Shown here piece after piece: positions 17,834-27,854 of a stretch of DNA of 64,000 nucleotides. A program made the translations under genes and the position numbers. Each line of letters starts with the position of its first letter. Within the stretch, counting starts at the first letter, position 1. Below the pieces are notes generated by a model, which saw nothing but the letters and a program-made list of their open reading frames with translations, was not told where the DNA came from and searched no databases. The stretch spans positions 39,801 through 103,800 of the forward strand of contig JAUXUT010000149.1 in assembly GCA_030680695.1 (NCBI GenBank), read 5' to 3'. This DNA is from a bacterium. Lineage in GTDB: Bacteria; Patescibacteriota; Minisyncoccia; Phycocordibacterales; UBA6065.

Positions 17834-19774
17834 ATGTCACCAAACAATTCCAGACACCCACGCACCCCACGACAGAAGAAAGGTTCAACCCCGCCGCTTT
17901 CACCCCTTACAAATATGAGGCGTTTCTTCGGGTCGTTTGGGACGGGCATTATAGTTTTTGTAGCGATCATTGCCTTGTATTCGCTCGTCGCGGATACAGG
18001 TGTGCAGAAACCGACGGTTTCTTTGTCAGAACTCGCAGGTGATGTAGCCACGGGAAATATTTCTTCTATCAGTGTTGATGGTGATTCTCTTACCGCGACT
18101 TATACAGACGGAGTGGAAAAGATTTCCAAGAAGGAAAGGGACTCATCTTTGACCGAGACACTGACAAATTATGGTGTGACACCGGCGCAAATTGCCGCGG
18201 TGTCGATTGATATATCTGATCCGTCTGGATTCGCATATTGGTTTGCGAGCCTTGCGCCGTTTCTCATACCGCTCGTATTTATACTCGTGCTTGTTTGGTT
18301 CTTGTCGCGCCAAATGCGCGGGGCAGGTGTTCAGGCCATGTCATTCGGCCAGTCTAAGGCTCGCATCATATTTCCTGACGACAAGAAACAGCGCGTGACA
18401 TTCAAAGACGTCGCAGGCGCCAAAGAAGCAAAACAGGAATTGTCGGAAATCGTGGACTTCCTCAAGAATCCAAAGAAGTTCCTCGATGTCGGTGCAGTGA
18501 TTCCTAAAGGCATTCTTCTTATGGGTGCGCCTGGAACAGGCAAGACGTTGCTTGCCCGTGCGGTTGCGGGCGAGGCTGGTGTGGCGTTCTTCTCGATATC
18601 GGGATCGGAGTTCGTTGAGATGTTCGTTGGTGTCGGGGCTTCGCGCGTGCGCGATTTGTTTAAGATGGCCAAGGCCGCGGCTCCGGCCATCATATTCGTG
18701 GATGAAATAGACGCCGTGGGCCGGAGCCGCGGCGTGGGAACAGGTGGCGGTAACGATGAACGTGAACAAACGTTGAACCAGATTCTCGTCGAGATGGACG
18801 GATTCGAGCCAAACGAGAAAGTTATAGTCATGGCTGCTACCAACAGGCCAGACGTACTCGATCCAGCTCTTTTGCGACCAGGACGATTCGACCGACGCGT
18901 CACCATCGACGTGCCAGACAGAAACGATCGCGAGGAAATATTGAAAATCCATTCTAAAAAGAAACCTTTCGCCGAGGATGTTAACTTGCGCGTCGTTGCG
19001 GAACGAACCCCTGGATTCTCGGGTGCTGATTTGTACTCTCTTATGAATGAGGCTGCGATATTGGCCGCGCGCGAGGATCGTACACAGGTGTCGCAGTACG
19101 ACCTAATCCGCGCTATCGAGAAAGTTATGCTTGGTCCAGAACGCCAGAGCCATCTTCTCTCGAAAAAGGAAAAGGAAATCACTGCATACCACGAGGCTGG
19201 CCATGCTGTCGTTTCGTCGGTCCTTGAATACGCTGACCCAGTGCACAAGATTTCGATTATATCGCGCGGACGCGCCGCTGGTTATGTTCTTCATTTGCCA
19301 CTCGAAGATAAAAAGCTCCAGTCCAAGAAGGAATTCCTAGACGATATTGCAGTGTCGCTTGGCGGTTACGTCACTGAACGGCTTATGTTTGACGATCTTA
19401 CCACCGGCCCATCGAACGACCTGCAGGTTTCGACGGCTCTTGCTCGCGACATGGTCACAAAATACGGTATGTCAGAAGTTATGGGCCCAATAGCCCTGGA
19501 AGGTGCTGGTGGTAGGACTCTTTTCGGCCGCGGAGTCGAAGAAGGCGAGTATTCAGAACGCGTGGCAGCCGAAATCGACGCTGAAGTGAAGTCAATCATG
19601 ACAACAGCCATGGAACGTGCAAGAAAGACGATTACCGAGCACAGGAAGGCCCTTGATGCCATCGCCGCGCGCCTTATGGAAGCAGAAACCATCGAAAGGG
19701 AGGAGTTCGAGAAGCTTTTGGTGGCTCATGGCATCATCCCTAAGAAGAAAAAGGATATAGAGCATCAGCCATAG
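17834..19774 (+). CDS. ftsH: ATP-dependent zinc metalloprotease FtsH
   Basis: N-terminal TM region, AAA+ [24 protein letters not shown] zinc motif; true start may be the internal Met. Confidence 0.95.
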   Translation: MSPNNSRHPRTPRQKKGSTPPLSPLTNMRRFFGSFGTGIIVFVAIIALYSLVADTGVQKPTVSLSELAGDVATGNISSISVDGDSLTATYTDGVEKISKKERDSSLTETLTNYGVTPAQIAAVSIDISDPSGFAYWFASLAPFLIPLVFILVLVWFLSRQMRGAGVQAMSFGQSKARIIFPDDKKQRVTFKDVAGAKEAKQELSEIVDFLKNPKKFLDVGAVIPKGILLMGAPGTGKTLLARAVAGEAGVAFFSISGSEFVEMFVGVGASRVRDLFKMAKAAAPAIIFVDEIDAVGRSRGVGTGGGNDEREQTLNQILVEMDGFEPNEKVIVMAATNRPDVLDPALLRPGRFDRRVTIDVPDRNDREEILKIHSKKKPFAEDVNLRVVAERTPGFSGADLYSLMNEAAILAAREDRTQVSQYDLIRAIEKVMLGPERQSHLLSKKEKEITAYHEAGHAVVSSVLEYADPVHKISIISRGRAAGYVLHLPLEDKKLQSKKEFLDDIAVSLGGYVTERLMFDDLTTGPSNDLQVSTALARDMVTKYGMSEVMGPIALEGAGGRTLFGRGVEEGEYSERVAAEIDAEVKSIMTTAMERARKTITEHRKALDAIAARLMEAETIEREEFEKLLVAHGIIPKKKKDIEHQP

Positions 19775-19829
19775 GTGAAACTTTTTGCCCCACTATCACG
19801 TATAATCATAGTGCGGCAGTCATGAGGCC

Positions 19830-20129
19830 GTGCTAACTAAAATTGAACATCAGATGAAACAGTCAGTTTGGGCGAGTCTCGCCCTGGTTGCGGGGTTCGC
19901 TCTTATATCCGGTGCACAGTATGCGGAGGCACAGACGGTCAATACACGAATGGAGCTTCGAGTTCAAGCCAAAGAAATGGGGATTTATGCCTCGACCACA
20001 GGGCTCGAGCGATCCACCACTACTGCTTTGATTGCTCAACGAGTGGCCGAGAGGCCCACAATGGTTAAGCGGTTCGGACTTTTCCTGCGCGAATTCTTCG
20101 GATTCAAGACAGACGCGAGGATAGAATAG
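19830..20129 (+). CDS. Hypothetical secreted protein
   Basis: ORF with signal peptide. Confidence 0.4.
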   Translation: MLTKIEHQMKQSVWASLALVAGFALISGAQYAEAQTVNTRMELRVQAKEMGIYASTTGLERSTTTALIAQRVAERPTMVKRFGLFLREFFGFKTDARIE

Positions 20130-20156
20130 GCCATACAATTGAATATCGTTACACAA

Positions 20157-20190
20157 GGTCCCTGTGCTCTGGCACGGGGACTTTTTATAT
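20157..20190 (+). terminator. Intrinsic terminator
   Basis: ggtccctgtgctctggcacggggactttttatat. Confidence 0.65.
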
Positions 20191-20209
20191 TTATTTTATC
20201 TGCTGACCG

Positions 20210-20911
20210 TTGATATCGGTTGCCACCCGACCTAGCATATGGAACATGAAGCGTCTCACACTAGAAAAAGAAAAAGCCTTGGCCATGCGACGGACAGGCA
20301 TGAGCTATTCCCAGATACGCGCAGAGCTTCGTGTGAGCAAGAGCACGTTGAGCAAGTGGCTTTCCACGCACCCTTTATCACCTGAACGTATACGGGAGTT
20401 ACGCGCCAACAGCGAACAGAGGATAGAGCGATGTCGGAACGCAAAGGCTTTTAAACGAGCACAGAGGCATGAAGACGCGTATGCGGAAGCGAAAGCCGTG
20501 ATAGGTAATCTGTCGGAAAGAGAAATGCATATTGCAGGGTTGTTCTTGTATTGGGGAGAGGGCACAAAGGCATGGCGCGACAGTATTGCTTGCACCAATA
20601 CGGATCCGGCAATGATGAGATTTTTCCTTTTGTGGACTGATTTACTGGGTATACCTCGTTCAAAGCTGAAAGTTAAACTTCATTTATACGCAGATATGGA
20701 TATATCCAAGGAAACACTTTTTTGGTCCAGGGAGCTGAATATACCTCACCTAAGCTTTCGGAAGCCCTATATCAAGAAATCTTTGTTTTCCGGCTTGTCT
20801 TACAGAAATTCCTTTGGCCATGGTACGTGCTCTATTTCATATGGAAACGCACGTATGTATGAGAGGATTATGATGTCTTTGCGATACCTTCGTGAAGTTG
20901 CTTCGCGTTAA
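20210..20911 (+). CDS. HTH-domain hypothetical protein
   Basis: N-terminal HTH (MSYSQIRAELRVSKSTLSKWL); C-terminal GLFLYWGEG segment of unknown family. Confidence 0.4.
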   Translation: MISVATRPSIWNMKRLTLEKEKALAMRRTGMSYSQIRAELRVSKSTLSKWLSTHPLSPERIRELRANSEQRIERCRNAKAFKRAQRHEDAYAEAKAVIGNLSEREMHIAGLFLYWGEGTKAWRDSIACTNTDPAMMRFFLLWTDLLGIPRSKLKVKLHLYADMDISKETLFWSRELNIPHLSFRKPYIKKSLFSGLSYRNSFGHGTCSISYGNARMYERIMMSLRYLREVASR

Positions 20912-20935
20912 GTGTTGGCATAGTATTGAGCGCAT

Positions 20936-21008
20936 GCGCCCTTAGCTCAGTTGGTAGAGCGATCGACTTATACTCGATTGGTCGGGGGTTCGAGTCCCTC
21001 AGGGCGCA
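20936..21008 (+). tRNA. tRNA-Ile with anticodon TAT (UAU)
   Basis: Cloverleaf: acceptor GCGCCCT/AGGGCGC, D-arm GCTC..GAGC, anticodon stem ATCGA/TCGAT with loop CTTATAC, T-arm GGGGGTTCGAGTCCCTC; no encoded CCA. Confidence 0.8.
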
Positions 21009-21023
21009 CACGTTTCAGACCCA

Positions 21024-23240
21024 CTATTCAAAATGAATCCCTTGGCGTTCTCGGCGCTCGATTTCAGCTTTCATGAGAGGGAAGCTTGCCAATGATTCAT
21101 CGCCTTCAATGAGTGCGATTGCCTCTTTGCGCGCGGCTTCAACCATCTTTACGTTCTGAATGGCGTCCATACCAACGTCCGACACACCCCATTGTTTGCC
21201 GCCGTACAACTGACCCATGCCACGTTGTTTGAGGTCGAACTCGGCGAGCTCGAATCCGTTCTTTGCTGTGATAAGGGCCTTTAATCGTCCAACAGTTTTG
21301 TCGCCCTGGCTTTCAGCAAACAGGAAGCAGTATGCCTGGTGATTTGAACGAACGACGCGACCGCGTAATTGATGGAGCTGTGAAAGTCCGAATCGTTCTG
21401 CTCCTTCGATGAGTATTACTGTTGCGTTCGGTACGTTCACACCGACTTCGACGACAGATGTCGCCACAAGCACGTCGATCTTGCCGTTCTTGAATTCCTG
21501 CATGACGCGCTCCTTTTCGGAATCTTTCATCTTGCCGTGGAGAGGCGCAACGGAATATTCTTTGAATATCGATGACGCGAGGCGTTTGGCTTCTTCGATG
21601 ACGGATTTCGCTTGCACGGCCATTTCATTCGCTGGATCTGGCTCGTCTATGCGTGGGCAGATTACGTATGCCTGGCGGCCTTGGGCGAGCTCACGGCGCA
21701 TTTCTTCATACATGCCGTCGCGTTCGGTGTCAGACGATGCCGCCTCGGTGATAATGGTTTTCCTGCCCGCGGGCATCTCGTCTAGAAGTGATATGTCTAG
21801 GTCGCCATATATTGTGAGAGCCAATGTGCGCGGAATCGGTGTTGCTGTCATGGAAAGCAGATGCGGTGTCGTCCCGGGGACATTATTTCGTTCGACGAGC
21901 TTCTGCCTCTGCGAGGTACCGAATCGATGTTGTTCGTCCACGATTGCGTACGCAAGGTTTTTGAATTTCACAGATTTCTGGATAAGGGCGTGCGTGCCAA
22001 TGACGGCGGATATTTCTCCAGACGCCACCCATTTCAATAGTTGTGCGCGAGATATGTCAGTCCAATCCTGACGGACACCGTTTCTGAATGTCGGCACTTT
22101 GGCGGGGAACTTGCGACATCCCGATCCCGTGATGAGGGCGATGCTTACAGGCATGTGGCGGAAGTATTGAATGAATGATTCGAAATGCTGTGTCGCAAGG
22201 ATTTCCGTCGGGGCCATGTATGCGACTTGGAGCGTGCCGAAGTCTTGTCCGCGCGGCCGCGTCGATATGGCGGCATATGCGGTCGTGGCCGCCACGGCGG
22301 TCTTGCCAGATCCAACGTCGCCTTCAAGGAGTCTCGCCATGGCATGGCCTTTACGGAAGTCCGCGAGGATGTCGTCAATCGAGCCTTTTTGGGCTGCGGT
22401 GAGAGGAAAAGGGAATCGCGATATGAATCCGTTCAGAGATTCCTTTGGCGGATCGATGACGAAAGCGGGATCTTTCTGCCAGGCACGGCGCTCGCGCTGT
22501 CGTTCCAGTTGTATGAAGAACACTTCTTCAAATGCGAAACGCTTTCTCGCTGCCATTGCATCGGATTCTTTTATCGGAGCATGTATCCACACAAGGGCCG
22601 AGGCGAGAGTTGGCAAATGATACCGATCGAGCGTGTCTTTCGGTAAAGGGTCACGCATTGTATCTATGATTCCGCTCGCGAGAGCTTTCTTCACGGCGTG
22701 ATATATCCAATTAGAAGTGACGCCGCGCGATTCAGGATACACAGGATAAAGCGTGTGTGCCGGCCCGTCTGCACCGAACAGGGAATCACCGACGCCGTCA
22801 GGAATACGTTCAACCTTTTCAACTTGTGGGTTTGAAAGGTACAGTTCACCAGTTTTTTTACGAGCAGACACCTTGCCTTCGATGCGCACAGTGGTGCCAT
22901 CGGCAATCATTTTGGCGAGATACGGTTGGTTGAACCAGACTGCTTTGATCGAACCTGATCCGTCAGATATGACTCCCTCGCCCATAGGGATTTTGGTGCG
23001 GAAACCCTTTGACGTTTTAAGCTTGCCGATTAATCCGAAGACAACCGCCGTGTCGCCTTGGCGCAGGCTTGCAATCGAATGTGCTGTGGCTGTGTCACCG
23101 TACCGTGTCGGGAAGTGATACAACAGGTCCTCGATGGTCGAGATACCGAGGCGCTTCAAGGCGGCCTTCTGCGGAGCCTGAAGGCGGAAATGCTCTTCGA
23201 CTAGCGAATATGGGTTCATGGGTTCTTTGGCGGCATCCAT
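21024..23240 (-). CDS. recG: ATP-dependent DNA helicase RecG
   Basis: N-terminal wedge/OB region, DVGSGKT Walker A, DEQHRFG, helicase C motifs; 738 aa. Confidence 0.9.
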   Translation of the reverse strand: MDAAKEPMNPYSLVEEHFRLQAPQKAALKRLGISTIEDLLYHFPTRYGDTATAHSIASLRQGDTAVVFGLIGKLKTSKGFRTKIPMGEGVISDGSGSIKAVWFNQPYLAKMIADGTTVRIEGKVSARKKTGELYLSNPQVEKVERIPDGVGDSLFGADGPAHTLYPVYPESRGVTSNWIYHAVKKALASGIIDTMRDPLPKDTLDRYHLPTLASALVWIHAPIKESDAMAARKRFAFEEVFFIQLERQRERRAWQKDPAFVIDPPKESLNGFISRFPFPLTAAQKGSIDDILADFRKGHAMARLLEGDVGSGKTAVAATTAYAAISTRPRGQDFGTLQVAYMAPTEILATQHFESFIQYFRHMPVSIALITGSGCRKFPAKVPTFRNGVRQDWTDISRAQLLKWVASGEISAVIGTHALIQKSVKFKNLAYAIVDEQHRFGTSQRQKLVERNNVPGTTPHLLSMTATPIPRTLALTIYGDLDISLLDEMPAGRKTIITEAASSDTERDGMYEEMRRELAQGRQAYVICPRIDEPDPANEMAVQAKSVIEEAKRLASSIFKEYSVAPLHGKMKDSEKERVMQEFKNGKIDVLVATSVVEVGVNVPNATVILIEGAERFGLSQLHQLRGRVVRSNHQAYCFLFAESQGDKTVGRLKALITAKNGFELAEFDLKQRGMGQLYGGKQWGVSDVGMDAIQNVKMVEAARKEAIALIEGDESLASFPLMKAEIERRERQGIHFE

Positions 23241-23346
23241 AGGGCGTATTGTACCTCAATCATTGAGCCCCACATGTTAAACAAAAAAGAAACGCCCAAT
23301 CATGGACGTTTCTTTTTCTTTCAATGTTCCAATCAGGACAAACAGA

Positions 23347-23619
23347 CTACTTGAGGATGTCTGCAGGGTAGTACGTACCGCCATTTCCAGAAGTCGAGGT
23401 CGCAGAAGGGCACGCAGCGAACTGGCAGTTCGGAGCGACGCGGCCGACATACGATCCGTCCGGACACATTTTCGCATCCATGGTGCAAACCACCTGGTCT
23501 GACGAGTTTGCGTTTTCGTTATCGACATTGTCAGTATCGCGCATGAAATATGCAGATACAGCGATGATAATAACGAGAATTCCGATTATCCAGAGTGCTG
23601 ACTTGGTTGCTGGGGTCAT
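23347..23619 (-). CDS. Small Cys-rich membrane-anchored hypothetical protein
   Basis: ORF with TM anchor and 4 Cys. Confidence 0.35.
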   Translation of the reverse strand: MTPATKSALWIIGILVIIIAVSAYFMRDTDNVDNENANSSDQVVCTMDAKMCPDGSYVGRVAPNCQFAACPSATSTSGNGGTYYPADILK

Positions 23620-23806
23620 AATATTGGGTTAATTACTGCTAGGTTGCTGCTGACTATTATTACGCTACAGTGAACCAATTTCTTTTGCAAGCGATGTGGC
23701 CATTGTATTTGACGCATGTCAGCACCTTACTTTTCAAAAAGAACCCAGACAGCGCACATGCCTAGGTTTTTCAAGCGTCTGCCGATATGATATTGTCTGT
23801 CTTACT

Positions 23807-23895
23807 GGAGACGTGTCAGAGTGGTCTAACGTGCCTCTTTGCTAAAGAGGTGTACCCCTTAAAAGGTACCGAGGGTTCGAATCCCTCCGTCTCCG
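23807..23895 (+). tRNA. tRNA-Ser(GCT)
   Basis: Acceptor GGAGACG/CGTCTCC, anticodon loop TTGCTAA, long variable arm, T-arm GAGGGTTCGAATCCCTC. Confidence 0.9.
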
Positions 23896-24003
23896 CTACA
23901 AAAACTTTCTTTCGGAGTGACCCGAGTACCCCGGATTTCGGCTGAAAATAACGCTCGTATAGAACGTTCGAATCCCAGATAGGTGAGGGGACTAGATACA
24001 GGG
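23894..24003 (+). repeat. Direct repeat DR-A copy 1 (attL-like, abuts tRNA-Ser)
   Basis: About 110 bp repeated at 24859-24966 (~80% identity); first 36 bp also at 47921. Confidence 0.7.
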
Positions 24004-24037
24004 ACGGATAGGGTGTAAATGACCCGGAAACGTATAC

Positions 24038-24066
24038 TTGACTTATACGAGTATTGGGTGTATAAT
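24038..24066 (+). promoter_or_regulatory. Consensus sigma70-type promoter (TTGACT-17-TATAAT)
   Basis: ttgact tatacgagtattgggtg tataat, 120 nt upstream of the 24186 ORF. Confidence 0.6.
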
Positions 24067-24185
24067 ATATAAGTAAAAGTACTTTGAGAGACCGCGGTGT
24101 TTCGGTTGAGTTTGGAAGGAAATAAGCGATTGACTTGCTGGCACAAAGCCACGCGGATCGTAGGTTTCCTCACTAAACTCAACTC

Positions 24186-24680
24186 ATGAACACCATCACT
24201 CAAATCCCTGCTTGGGAAATCATCCGTCTTATCGCGAGAGCTCGTGCGAACTTCGTTCAGACTGTATGGAAAGAACTCAAACGCCAATCTGGCAAGCAAC
24301 CGTCTGAGAACGAAGAAAGCTATATTCGACAGGCTGCGGAAAACTTCGTCGGGCGCACTAGCGTCACGGGCGAGGCGATTGAAGCGGGCGAATACAGCCG
24401 GTCGTGCTCGATCGTTTTTCTGGGGGAGGCCCATAAGCAACTTGCCTACTTCGTGCCCTCCAAACTTCTGCTGCGCGATGTCGTCATTAACGATCAGGAA
24501 AAGGGTAATCTTCACGAGGGTTACTTGGTCACCGTGACCGTGCCCGAAGGCACGGACATCATCGAGTTCGATGGACGGAATGAGCCGCTCTGCCTGAAAG
24601 GAACGGTGTCGGCCGTGTTCGGGACATGCCTCCATGGCGAAGACGGATTCATTGTCTCGAGCTTCAAGCATACGACCTAA
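24186..24680 (+). CDS. Hypothetical protein (sole gene of mini-element E1)
   Basis: ORF with consensus promoter upstream and intrinsic terminator (24731-24758) downstream; the antisense 323-aa ORF is rejected. Confidence 0.5.
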   Translation: MNTITQIPAWEIIRLIARARANFVQTVWKELKRQSGKQPSENEESYIRQAAENFVGRTSVTGEAIEAGEYSRSCSIVFLGEAHKQLAYFVPSKLLLRDVVINDQEKGNLHEGYLVTVTVPEGTDIIEFDGRNEPLCLKGTVSAVFGTCLHGEDGFIVSSFKHTT

Positions 24681-24730
24681 TAGCGGTATCCCGCTCCAGT
24701 TCCTTGAGAGTCTGGCCAAACACTCTCTGC

Positions 24731-24758
24731 AACCCGCATTCGTGCGGGTTTTGTTTTG
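24731..24758 (+). terminator. Intrinsic terminator
   Basis: caacccgcattcgtgcgggttttgttttg. Confidence 0.65.
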
Positions 24759-24777
24759 TCTGGAAAGAAAAACTACG

Positions 24778-24860
24778 TGGGATTCGAACGAAATTTTTAA
24801 AGGGAAGGGGTCATATTTTAAGCCACGCAATTCGCGCCGTTCGAATCGCTTTTAACCCGC
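24778..24860 (+). repeat. Direct repeat DR2 copy 1 (degenerate tRNA 3'-like segment)
   Basis: tgggattcgaacg...tcatattttaagccac...ccgttcgaatcgcttttaacccgc; second copy at 33558-33639. Confidence 0.65.
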
Positions 24861-24966
24861 TACAAAAACTTTCTTTCGGAGTGACCCGAGTACTTCGATT
24901 TTCAGCTTGTTTATTAGTTAGAAAAGAACGTTCGAATCCCAGGTGGGTAGGGAACTAGATACAGGG
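24859..24966 (+). repeat. Direct repeat DR-A copy 2
   Basis: See copy 1. Confidence 0.7.
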
Positions 24967-25226
24967 TAGCTTTTGGTGATTTAGCAAATCTTTCAATTAT
25001 TGTGAAAACAATTCTCGTTGACGCAGTCGATTGTTTTTCTCAGACCTAGGAGAAAATCCACATTGTTATTGTCAACGAAAGTGGTGAGGGATACATAGCA
25101 TGACGCCAAGAAAAATATGCACTCTAAAATGATCTCCTTAGTTCTACTCTCCGGCTCAGAGAGAAGAGACTTGTATCAATAGATGACTCCGAAGTGCGTG
25201 GGAAGTCCAGAGCGGGGTGTTGGCAA

Positions 25227-26357
25227 CTAATCTTTAATGATCCTACTTAAAAAAGGATTAATATTAGTCGCAATGTCATCTGGTATCGTACCGCATTCTC
25301 TTGCAATATTCATAATAGAATTCTGGTCTCTCGCATCACTGCTAATGACTGTAACAGGGCTACCGAGTTTTACATCCTTGATTTCCGTCACATCAATTAT
25401 TGTCGTATTCATACTTACCAAACCGATTATTTTCGCAAAGTTATTGCCAATTTTTACCACGCCTTTATTTGATAGTCGTCTATCAACTCCCGTATCGTAG
25501 CCAACAGGTATTATGGCAATCTTTTTAGCTGAATCTGAAATATATGTCCCGCTGTAACCAACTTTTGAGTTTGGTTCAATATTTTTTAATCCTGATATAA
25601 CCGTTGTCAATTCCAGCACAGGCTTCAAATGAACTAACGAGTCAACTTTTCCATTGCCAGCAAAACCATATAGACCCATTCCAGGGCGAGTCACATTCGC
25701 ACTGATCTTTTCGTTATAGCCATGGCCAGCTGAATTACTTACATGAAAGTATCGGATGTTAGTAAAATTGGTTTTGAAAATATCGACAGCAGAATTCCAT
25801 GCTTCAATTTGGATATTTGTATAAGTCGAATCTGTATTACCTGCATCAGAAAAATGAGAATAAAGTCCTTCTAGTTTAAGAGTCGGTGATTTTTTTATGA
25901 GCTCAATCGATTGAGAGATTTGAGACAGAGAGATTCCTTGCCTATTCATTCCCGTATCAATTTTTATATGCACATTAGTTTTTTTACTTATTCTGCTTTG
26001 CCATTCGTAAAGCATGTCTAGACTCGTAACAGCGAATGATATATTTTTTTGGGTCGATTTGTTTACGGTTTCAGCTTGAATGTATCCAATTACGAGAATT
26101 GGGTTCGTTATTTTGTTCTGCCTGAGAGCTATGGCCTCCTCGTACGAATCAATAATAAAAAAAGGAATTTTTTCTTTACTTAATAATTTTGCAATATCGA
26201 TTAATCCATGGCCGTAGGCGTTGCTTTTTAATACTGGAGCTATGGCAGGTGAAAGTTTTTGAAATTCTTGGAAATTGTGGATAAGAGCCCGTCGAGAAAG
26301 TGATATGAGAGTGTACGGAGTTGATGGAGACTTTAACTTAAATGTGATTTTTATCAT
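25227..26357 (-). CDS. alr: Alanine racemase
   Basis: VLKSNAYGHG PLP-Lys motif, C-terminal VSMNTTIIDVT; low-GC context. Confidence 0.85.
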   Translation of the reverse strand: MIKITFKLKSPSTPYTLISLSRRALIHNFQEFQKLSPAIAPVLKSNAYGHGLIDIAKLLSKEKIPFFIIDSYEEAIALRQNKITNPILVIGYIQAETVNKSTQKNISFAVTSLDMLYEWQSRISKKTNVHIKIDTGMNRQGISLSQISQSIELIKKSPTLKLEGLYSHFSDAGNTDSTYTNIQIEAWNSAVDIFKTNFTNIRYFHVSNSAGHGYNEKISANVTRPGMGLYGFAGNGKVDSLVHLKPVLELTTVISGLKNIEPNSKVGYSGTYISDSAKKIAIIPVGYDTGVDRRLSNKGVVKIGNNFAKIIGLVSMNTTIIDVTEIKDVKLGSPVTVISSDARDQNSIMNIARECGTIPDDIATNINPFLSRIIKD

Positions 26358-26391
26358 TGAGATATTTTGATATTTATACTATTATACCCTT

Positions 26392-27846
26392 ATGTCAAGT
26401 GAACTAAAAAACAACAAGGTTGAAAAAAAGATTACCGGTAGGAATGAGGATTATTCCCAGTGGTATCTCGATATAGTTGCATCTGCCGATCTCGCAGAAT
26501 GGGGCCCTGTAAAGGGATGTATGGTCATCAAGCCTTATGGATATGCATTATGGGAAAAGACGCAGCAAATCCTCAATGAAAAATTCAAGGAGACTGGGGT
26601 ACAGAATGCATATTTCCCGATTTTTATTCCCGAAAAATTTCTCAATAAAGAGAAAGACCATATCGAGGGTTTTGCACCAGAGGTTGCGGTTGTCACTCAT
26701 GCCGGCGGCAAGAAGCTCGACGAGCCTTTGATTGTGAGGCCGACATCAGAGACTATAATGTACGAAACTTTTTCTCGTTGGATACATTCTTATCGAGATC
26801 TGCCATTGTTGATTAATCAATGGGCAAATGTGGTTAGGTGGGAGATGCGTCCCCGCATATTTTTACGTACGGTTGAATTTCTTTGGCAAGAAGGACATAC
26901 GGTTCACGAAACTGAAAGTGAGGCAGATGGACGGGCACGCCAGATGTTGGAAATTTATAAAGATATTGCCGAAAATATTATGGCCATTCCAGTTATTACT
27001 GGAACAAAATCTGATTCGGAAAAGTTTGCTGGTGCGTTTAAGACTTATTCGCTTGAAGCCATGATGCAAGACGGCAAAGCTTTGCAGTTTGCCACCTCAC
27101 ACAATTTGGGACAAAATTTTGCAAAAGCGTTTGATGTTAAATTTCTCGATAAAAACAACACCGTCCAATATGGATGGCAAACCAGCTGGGGGCTAAGCAC
27201 GCGAACCATAGGCGGTCTTATCATGACTCATAGTGATGATAAAGGATTAGTATTGCCACCAAAAATCGCCTCAATTCAAACGGTTATTACAACCATCGTT
27301 CCTTCCGAAAAAGACAGAGAAATGATAAATCAGAAAGCCCAAGAGCTTAACATACTCTTAAAGAAAGCAGGCGTTAGAACCCATGTTGATAGTCGCGATA
27401 TACGCCCTGGTGAAAAATATTATGAATGGGAAAAAAAAGGTGTTCCGATACGTATAGAGCTTGGGCCAAGAGATGTAGCCAGCGATTCCGCCATGCTTGT
27501 TAGACGCGATACTGGGGAAAAGACAAAGACAACCATGAGTTCTCTGGTCGGGGATATCAATTCTCTGTTAAATAACATACAGCAAAATTTGTACGTGCGA
27601 GCACTAGATTATCGCAAAGCAAAGACAAAAAAAGTTGATTCTTGGGATGAGTTTGTAAAAGCGATTGAGGAAGGCAATTTTGTTTTAGCTCATTGGTCTG
27701 GTGAGAAGAACGTCGAGGCTCAGATAAAAGAAGAAACGGGAGCCACTATTCGATGCATTCCGTTTGATCAGACAAATGAGTCTGGAAAATGTATAAAATC
27801 AGGCATGCCTTCTACGGGTCGGGTGATATTTGCGAAGTCTTATTAA
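26392..27846 (+). CDS. proS: Prolyl-tRNA synthetase, archaeal/eukaryotic-like class II type
   Basis: WYLDIV..ADLAEWGPVKGCMVIKPYGYALWE, VRPTSETIMY, NQWANVVRWEMR.R.FLRT.EFLWQEGHT and a C-terminal zinc-binding-like domain. Confidence 0.9.
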   Translation: MSSELKNNKVEKKITGRNEDYSQWYLDIVASADLAEWGPVKGCMVIKPYGYALWEKTQQILNEKFKETGVQNAYFPIFIPEKFLNKEKDHIEGFAPEVAVVTHAGGKKLDEPLIVRPTSETIMYETFSRWIHSYRDLPLLINQWANVVRWEMRPRIFLRTVEFLWQEGHTVHETESEADGRARQMLEIYKDIAENIMAIPVITGTKSDSEKFAGAFKTYSLEAMMQDGKALQFATSHNLGQNFAKAFDVKFLDKNNTVQYGWQTSWGLSTRTIGGLIMTHSDDKGLVLPPKIASIQTVITTIVPSEKDREMINQKAQELNILLKKAGVRTHVDSRDIRPGEKYYEWEKKGVPIRIELGPRDVASDSAMLVRRDTGEKTKTTMSSLVGDINSLLNNIQQNLYVRALDYRKAKTKKVDSWDEFVKAIEEGNFVLAHWSGEKNVEAQIKEETGATIRCIPFDQTNESGKCIKSGMPSTGRVIFAKSY

Positions 27847-27854
27847 CCCACTTT

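Noticed and set aside
20210-20911. HTH protein next to tRNA-Ile as an integrase or homing endonuclease (GLFLYWGEG versus LAGLIDADG)
   Set aside because: The motif match is weak (one extra residue, no acidic catalytic position), and there are no flanking repeats or GC shift. Left as a hypothetical HTH protein.
23859-24830. 323-aa minus-strand ORF
   Set aside because: It runs through the tRNA-Ser gene, the att-like repeats and a sense-strand gene that has its own promoter and terminator, so it is almost certainly a spurious antisense ORF.
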